DNA from: Halalkalibacterium halodurans
GTDB taxonomy: Bacteria; Bacillota; Bacilli; Bacillales; Bacillaceae_D
DNA length: 32,000 nucleotides
Assembly: GCF_004376175.1 (NCBI RefSeq)
Contig: NZ_SNUY01000012.1
Span: 48,035-80,034 of the forward strand
Direction: 5' to 3'
Both the position numbers and the translations under genes were made by a program. Below, piece by piece: positions 28,579-32,000 of the stretch. The number at the start of each line of letters is the position of its first letter. Within the stretch, counting starts at the first letter, position 1. Below the pieces are notes generated by a model, which saw only the letters and a list, made by a program, of their open reading frames with translations, ran no database searches and was not told the DNA's origin.

Positions 28579-29859
28579 TTAGCCTCGTAACTCTACTAAA
28601 TAAAGCGTTAATTGTGGAACAAATACGAGAATAAAGAGTGTCAGAACCATCACAAGGAAAAACGGGACAATCGCTTTTGATAACGACTCGATGCTTATTC
28701 CCGAGATTCCTGACCCGACAAACAAGTTCACTCCTAAAGGCGGTGTGATAAAGCCAATCGCCAGGTTGACAACCATGATCATGCCAAAATGGATCGGATC
28801 ATACCCTAACGTTACAGCAATGGGAAGTAAGATTGGTGTCAAAATAATAATCGCTGCCAATGTATCCATAAAACAGCCTACCACAAGTAAGAGAATCGTG
28901 ATCAATAAAATTAATATGATTTTGTTTTCAGATATCGTTAACATCCAATCAGCCACTTGATTCGGAATTTGTTCGATCGTAAGCAATCGACCGAACGCTG
29001 TTGCCGAGCCAACGATGATTAGGATTGTCGCTGTTGTGAGAGCAGCATCTGCGAACACACGAGGAAGCTGTTTGATCGTGAGCTCCCTATACAAAATGAG
29101 ACCTGCAAGGAGACTATAGACAACGGCAACAACGGCCGCCTCCGTCGGGGTAAACACGCCGCCGTAAATCCCACCAAGAATAATGAACGGAATGACTAAC
29201 GCCCACTTAGCCTCCCAGACCGATTGGAGGATGTGTTTGAACGATGTTTTTTCGGTAGATCCTTTATACCCTTTTTTACGAGAATAATAGTAGGCATAGG
29301 CCATTAAAGCGCCCGCAATCATTAAACCGGGAATAATGCCTCCTACGAATAAACCTCCGATCGATGCACTCGCCGATACACCATAAATGACCATTGGAAT
29401 ACTTGGGGGTATGATCACACCTAACGAACCAGCTGCAGCCACTAAAGCAGTAGCAAACCGTTTGTCATATCCATGTTTCACCATAGCTGGAATCATAATT
29501 CCTCCGATCGCAGCTACCGTCGCTGGACCGGATCCAGAAATTGCGGCGAAGAACATACACGTAATCACCGTTGCGATCGCAAAACCACCTGTGCGATTGC
29601 CGACAAGGGCATTAGCCACATTGAACAGTCGATCTGTCACACCTCCACGCGCCATGATTTCGCCTGCTAATATGAAAAATGGAACTGCCATTAACGGGAA
29701 AGAATCAACCGATGTAATCAAACCCTGAGCTAAAAATTCGAGCGGAATCGTCCCTGAATAAAGAATAGCTAATAATGTCGCTAACCCTAATGCAATCCCG
29801 ATCGGTACACTTAAAAGTAGTAACAATGCAAAGCTTCCAAATAATACAGCGGCCGTCAT
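28579..29859 (-). CDS. dctM: TRAP transporter large permease subunit (DctM family)
   Basis: 426 aa and highly hydrophobic with about 12 TM helices. Typical DctM features (PLMAVPFFILAGEIM, GIIPPSIPMVIYG). Follows a DctQ-size gene by 15 nt. Confidence 0.9.
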   Translation of the reverse strand: MTAAVLFGSFALLLLLSVPIGIALGLATLLAILYSGTIPLEFLAQGLITSVDSFPLMAVPFFILAGEIMARGGVTDRLFNVANALVGNRTGGFAIATVITCMFFAAISGSGPATVAAIGGIMIPAMVKHGYDKRFATALVAAAGSLGVIIPPSIPMVIYGVSASASIGGLFVGGIIPGLMIAGALMAYAYYYSRKKGYKGSTEKTSFKHILQSVWEAKWALVIPFIILGGIYGGVFTPTEAAVVAVVYSLLAGLILYRELTIKQLPRVFADAALTTATILIIVGSATAFGRLLTIEQIPNQVADWMLTISENKIILILLITILLLVVGCFMDTLAAIIILTPILLPIAVTLGYDPIHFGMIMVVNLAIGFITPPLGVNLFVGSGISGISIESLSKAIVPFFLVMVLTLFILVFVPQLTLYLVELRG

Positions 29860-29874
29860 CTGTCATCCACCTTC

Positions 29875-30426
29875 CTAATCCCTTGACCCTTTATCAGAAG
29901 ACTGCTCTTCCAAAATGATTTCTTGTTCCGTTTTTACTTTAAAAGAACCCTCTCCTGCTAATGCTTTGAATTGCTTCATTATTTGCTGTACGAGACGGAG
30001 TGCCGCAAGCCCCATCCCGATCGGTGTAGCTAAATAGACGAGTCCCATCGGAATTTGGAGAGCCGGAGAGGTTTGACCAAATGATAGGAGACGCTGGGCA
30101 ATGTCTACTCCGTAGAAAATCACAAAGAGAGCAAAGCCTAAAAATAAAAGATTTGCACCTATTTGCAGCACAATCTTCCCCCGCTCTTTCAAGAGAAGGA
30201 GCGCAACATCTACTTTAATATGCCTTTGCTTTTTAACTCCATAACTGATTCCGAAGTAAACAAGCCAAATAAAACAATAACGTGCGAGTTCCTCAGACCA
30301 TGACAAGGACGAGGATAAAACATAACGCATAAACACTTGTACCGCAATAACAACGACCATAACGATTGAAAAAAAGACGAGAAAAAATTCTTCAATATGC
30401 TCATCAAGCCAACGGATGACCTTCAT
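29875..30426 (-). CDS. dctQ: TRAP transporter small permease subunit (DctQ family)
   Basis: 183 aa with 4 TM helices. The W.EELARY motif region (LSWSEELARYCFIWLVYFG) is typical of DctQ. Confidence 0.85.
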   Translation of the reverse strand: MKVIRWLDEHIEEFFLVFFSIVMVVVIAVQVFMRYVLSSSLSWSEELARYCFIWLVYFGISYGVKKQRHIKVDVALLLLKERGKIVLQIGANLLFLGFALFVIFYGVDIAQRLLSFGQTSPALQIPMGLVYLATPIGMGLAALRLVQQIMKQFKALAGEGSFKVKTEQEIILEEQSSDKGSRD

Positions 30427-30773
30427 GAAATCCCACCTTACGTCAAAATCTTTTTTAATATAGAAAGAAGTGCAAAACTATGGACCCTTGCCTGAAGATC
30501 CATACTTCTGCCATTCCTTCTTCGAAAAGCACTTAAAAGTGTAGCAATTGGCACAAGCAACGAAGGGAAAGACCACGTTGAGCTTGTGAACGCTATCATA
30601 AGACGCTGCCGAAAAGTCGCCTCGTTTGATGCTTTGTGGAAGACATCCCGTTTAGCTGTACTTTACATAGTTAAGAAATTTGGATAGTAGCCGCACTCTA
30701 TAGTGACAGCCGTTGTTTTTCTTATCATTAACCCTTACAAACGTTAAACGTTCTTAACGGGCAAGAAGGATCG

Positions 30774-30797
30774 GACGCAGATCCTCTCATCTGCGCC
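30774..30797 (-). other. Stem-loop 8 nt downstream of the dctP stop codon
   Basis: Minus strand reads GGCGCAGAT-gagagg-ATCTGCGTC: 9 bp including one G-U pair. No clear U-run follows. Confidence 0.4.
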
Positions 30798-30805
30798 CGC
30801 ACGTA

Positions 30806-31852
30806 TTACTGTGCTGCTTCTATCGCATCATAGACTGCTTGTACAATATCTGTTCCAATTTGCTCAGCGTACTTATCGATGACAGGCTCTACGGCTTCGA
30901 TCATTCGCATCCGCTCAACTTCGGAAATCTCCGTATACGTCATTCCTGCTTCTTCAAGACTGCTTAAATACGTCTCATTGGCTTCACGGTTCAGTTCTCT
31001 TTGATATTGGCTTGCTTCGAGCGCTGCTTCGCGAACAATCTCTTGTTGCTCCTCCGTTAAACCGTCAAAAAATGGTTTACTCATCATGAATACAAATGGG
31101 CTGTAAATATGATTTGTATTGGACACATGGTTTTGCACTTCCGCGTACCCTTCTAAATAAATCGTAGCATACGGGTTTTCTTGTCCATCCACCGTCCCTT
31201 GCTGCATGGCCGTAAATAGTTCTGTGAATGCCATCGGTGTTGGATTGGCTCCTAAGGCGCGGAAGGCTTCAAGGTGTAGATCGTTTTCCATCGTTCGTAG
31301 CGTTAGACCATTGAAGTCTTCCAACATCTCGATAGGCCTTTTACTGTTTGTCACATTGCGAAATCCATTTTCCCAGAACGCAAGGCCGACTAAATTTTGC
31401 TCTTCTAGCTTTTGGAGGAGCGCTTGACCGACGTCTCCGTCGAGCACTTCGTCGGCAACATCACTACTAGGGAATAGGAATGGGAAGTCAAATACGGAAA
31501 ATTCGGAAACAAAATTGGCCACAGGAGCGGTTGAAGGCACCGTCACTTCTTGTGAGCCTAGTTGTAGCGCTTCCATCATTGAACGATCATCACCAAGTTG
31601 GCCACTATGATAGGTTTCTACAACCATTTGTCCACCCGATCGTTCTTCCACGAGTTCTTTAAATTTTTCCAAGCCTTTATACTGAGGATGCTCACTGTTC
31701 AGCCCAATACCCGCACGAATCGTTAACACGTCACCGTTCGCTTCACCATTTGAAGCGCTTTCATTTCCTTGAGACGTTTCATTGCTCGTGCCACAAGCGA
31801 CTAACATAACAGAAAGTATGCTAACCCAGCCAATGCGAATAAGTTTTTTCAT
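30806..31852 (-). CDS. dctP: TRAP transporter substrate-binding lipoprotein (DctP family)
   Basis: DctP-family length and composition. N-terminus MKKLIRIGWVSILSVMLVAC is a signal peptide plus lipobox. Track ORF extends to 31876; I prefer ATG 31852, preceded by GGGGGAAC. Confidence 0.85.
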   Translation of the reverse strand: MKKLIRIGWVSILSVMLVACGTSNETSQGNESASNGEANGDVLTIRAGIGLNSEHPQYKGLEKFKELVEERSGGQMVVETYHSGQLGDDRSMMEALQLGSQEVTVPSTAPVANFVSEFSVFDFPFLFPSSDVADEVLDGDVGQALLQKLEEQNLVGLAFWENGFRNVTNSKRPIEMLEDFNGLTLRTMENDLHLEAFRALGANPTPMAFTELFTAMQQGTVDGQENPYATIYLEGYAEVQNHVSNTNHIYSPFVFMMSKPFFDGLTEEQQEIVREAALEASQYQRELNREANETYLSSLEEAGMTYTEISEVERMRMIEAVEPVIDKYAEQIGTDIVQAVYDAIEAAQ

Positions 31853-32000
31853 TCTTGTTCCCCCTATATCTATCACGTATTGTCAAAACTTTATATAAAA
31901 ATAGGTTATTAAATCCTATGTTAGAGGGCTTTATAAGCAAAAAAATTGCCACCCCCTGATTTCTGTAGATAATTGAGGTTACCATACACCCAATTCCAGA

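Noticed and set aside
31979-32000. Possible 3' end of a minus-strand gene (...LELGVW stop) at the right window edge
   Set aside because: Only seven codons are visible, and another frame is also open, so this cannot be supported.

Overview
This window reads as conserved Bacillaceae chromosome rather than an accessory island. From memory, gene order and protein sequences follow the Bacillus subtilis pdh / ykq / yku neighbourhood. The likely source is an alkaliphilic, IS-rich Bacillus such as Halalkalibacterium (Bacillus) halodurans, but that is a guess.

Gene content, left to right:
- an edge-truncated M23 peptidase lipoprotein (-)
- an ArAE/UPF0421 membrane protein and a BCCT osmolyte transporter (+)
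- a small thioredoxin-like lipoprotein (+)
- a YtrA-type GntR / ABC ATPase / permease / membrane-anchored protein operon (+), whose last gene is split by an IS1380-family element
- pdhABCD (-), a ykyA-like lipoprotein (-), a YjcZ-like glycine-rich peptide (+) and defB-like deformylase (+)
- an IS1182-family element inserted between the convergent def and ykrA-like HAD phosphatase genes
- rpoY (ykzG) and rnjA (+), then ktrC-like, ykuV-like and ykuU-like (-)
- ykuT-like MscS channel (+), a small coiled-coil protein (+), ykuS-like, dapL and dapH (-)
- an AEC-family transporter (-) and a TRAP transporter, dctP-dctQ-dctM (-)

I found no rRNA, tRNA or CRISPR array, and no recognisable defence, toxin or phage module. 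I do not see a convincing new multi-gene system.

The observations most worth a second look are:
- the two IS insertions, which have exact ends and RBS-sequestering hairpins
- the tandem palindromic operators of the GntR operon, and its uncharacterised, now disrupted, fourth gene
- a 379-nt non-coding spacer inside the TRAP operon
- two unlisted small ORFs with strong Shine-Dalgarno sites upstream of rpoY

Several ORF-track N-termini look over-extended (ABC ATPase, ykuV, dapL, dctP, ArAE), and I moved those starts to SD-supported codons.
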